In this document: positions 62,104-64,000 of the stretch, in pieces
How the letters are laid out: the number at the start of each line of letters is the position of its first letter
How positions within the stretch are numbered: the stretch's first letter is position 1
Origin: Azolla caroliniana
Lineage: Eukaryota > Plantae > Polypodiophyta
Length of the DNA: 64,000 nucleotides
Assembly: GCA_043228905.1 (NCBI GenBank)
Contig: JBHGNT010000010.1
Location: forward strand, 21,576,001-21,640,000
Direction of reading: 5' to 3'
Notes under the pieces: generated by a model
Seen by the model: the letters and a program-made list of their open reading frames with translations, nothing else
What the model was told of the DNA's origin: nothing
The model's database searches: none
Position numbers and translations under genes: made by a program

Positions 62104-64000
62104 ACGGGGCCACCAAAATGATCGTTGTACTAAATCTAATGTTTTAGTACTACCAAAATGCCCAACTGTATATGTGTCATGACAGTTTTGGACTACTCGA
62201 ATGCGGAAAGAACCATTAGGAACATACAAGAGTTCATTAAAGAATAGTAATCCATCATGCTATTTGAATTGTCGATAGTCCGTACCTGGTGGTTGCGACT
62301 GTGAACAAGATGCTCGAGAGGGATCAATTTGTGCTAGAATGGCTTGGGCGAAAGCATCGGTCTTCAAGTCCTCACGTATAGTATCGATAACGTGGGAATC
62401 CATTGGCATGCCAAAGACCTGTGTTGCTTGCAGTCGTGTCGGTCCCAAGATTACTTGCTTTTGGTTATCAAAAGTTGGCTCACCGGGACGCGGTGCTACG
62501 TACGAACGCCATGATAATGCATCTACCTTCCCTTGGTGCTTCCCCAGACGATATGTAATTTTGAAGTCGAAACGCGTGAGGAAGTGGGCCCACCGAGCTT
62601 GATGTCAATTTAACACACGAACATCCTGCAAGTAGGCAAGGTTTTTGTGGTCACTGAATACGATGACTTGATGAGAGGATCCCTCTAGAAAATGCCTCCA
62701 TTGCGTAAAAGAGTCCACTATTGCCAATAGCTCCTTATCATGAATTTCGTAGTTGATTTCTGCGGCGTCAAACTTGCGTGAGTGAAAAGCCACAGGATGT
62801 AGCTTCTCATCATTACCCCGTTGTGACAGAATGCTCCCCAATGCGAAATCCGATGTGTCTGCTTCGATAATGAATGGTTTTTCTGGATCGACATGAGCTA
62901 GAATTGGAGCCGATGTAAATGCCTTTTTAAGACTCTCGAAAGCCATGTCCGCTTCCTTAGACCAAACAAACGATTGTCCCTTCCTGGTAAGCTGTGTGAG
63001 AGGCAGAACGAGCTTTGAGTAATCTTGTATGAACTTCCGGTAAAAATTGGCAAAGCCTAAAAAGCATTGCACATCTCGCACCAAATGCGGAGTCTGCCAC
63101 TCTACCACAGTTTTGACCTTAGCTGGGTCCATGGAGATGCCTTCTGAGGAAATGACATAGCCTAGAAATTCCACCTGGTTGCACCCAAAACTACATTTTT
63201 CCATCTTTGCATAAAGACCATGTACTCGAAGTCGTTTTAGTACTAACAATACATGAGAATCATGCTCTTCTTGGGTCTTCGAATAAACCAGTAGATCATC
63301 CAAATAGATGATCAAACAAACATCCAAGAGATCTCGGAATATATCATTTGCCATGTGCTGGAAGACTGTTGGCGCATTAGTGAGGCCGAACGGCATGACT
63401 GTATACTCGAAGTGCCCATATTTGGTGAGAAACGCGGTCTTCCATTCATCTCCTGGTCGGATCTGTACGAGGTTATAGGCTCCCCATAAGTCGATCTTTG
63501 TGAAGAACCTGGCACCATTGATCCGTTCTAAAAGACTTGAGATAAGGGGAAGTGCATACCTATTTCTGATTGTCACCTTATTCAAGCCATAGTAATCTAC
63601 AACGAGACGAAGTGATCCATCCTTTTTCTTGACAAAGAAAATGGGTGCGCCGGCTGGAGATTTCGAATGTCGAATGAAACCATTTTCCAAATTCTCCTCT
63701 ATATAGGCTCACAGGACTTCTAGCTCGGTTGGTGACAAATTGTAGATCGGTCCCCATGGTGGCTCTTTCCCCGGTTGTAAATCGATGGGGCAATCATACG
63801 GTCGATGGTGAGGAAGCGTATTGGCTTGTACTTTATCGAACACATCGGCATAATGATGATACTTCTTTGGAAGTTGAATGGTGGACTCTTCTTTAATTGT
63901 GTCTGAGGGCTTTATTGATATTGCGAAGAGAAACATTTCTTCCTTGCGTCCTTCTTCCCGCAACTGATGTAGAGAAATGGTTGCAATCTCATGAGTAGAC
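62104..64000 (-). pseudogene. pol: pol fragment (RT-RNase H-integrase N-terminus) of a second element A-family chromovirus; runs off the window
   Basis: ORF 62605-63690 (YLDD, EADTSDFALG, HDKELLAIV), highly similar to 2295-3955. Confidence 0.93.

Overview
This window is a eukaryotic, heavily nested transposon cluster with no intact host gene. The element mix points to a non-seed land plant, probably a moss-like genome (inference). It contains: (i) Tcn1/Tf1-type chromovirus LTR retrotransposons (one full length at 571-6035, a solo LTR, two fragments); (ii) eight mappable insertions of a tRNA-Trp-primed non-chromovirus Ty3/gypsy lineage with 4-bp TSDs, including full-length copies at 9194-23759, 12092-19079, 34973-42211 and 54027-61525 and a gag-only derivative; (iii) four Ty1/copia remnants; (iv) two copies of a Sola1-like DDD transposase gene; (v) a LINE 3' fragment, a small foldback element and a long unassigned decayed ORF. 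Most ORFs are broken by C>T-type stops and indels. The strongest unexpected signals are: all 8 Trp-primed insertions sit on an N-CG-N target; tRNA-like Pol III A/B-box modules lie antisense in the U3 of three different LTR families; and a covarying -1 frameshift/pseudoknot signal lies after, not before, the protease. All boundaries and counts were read by eye; lineage names need profile searches to confirm.
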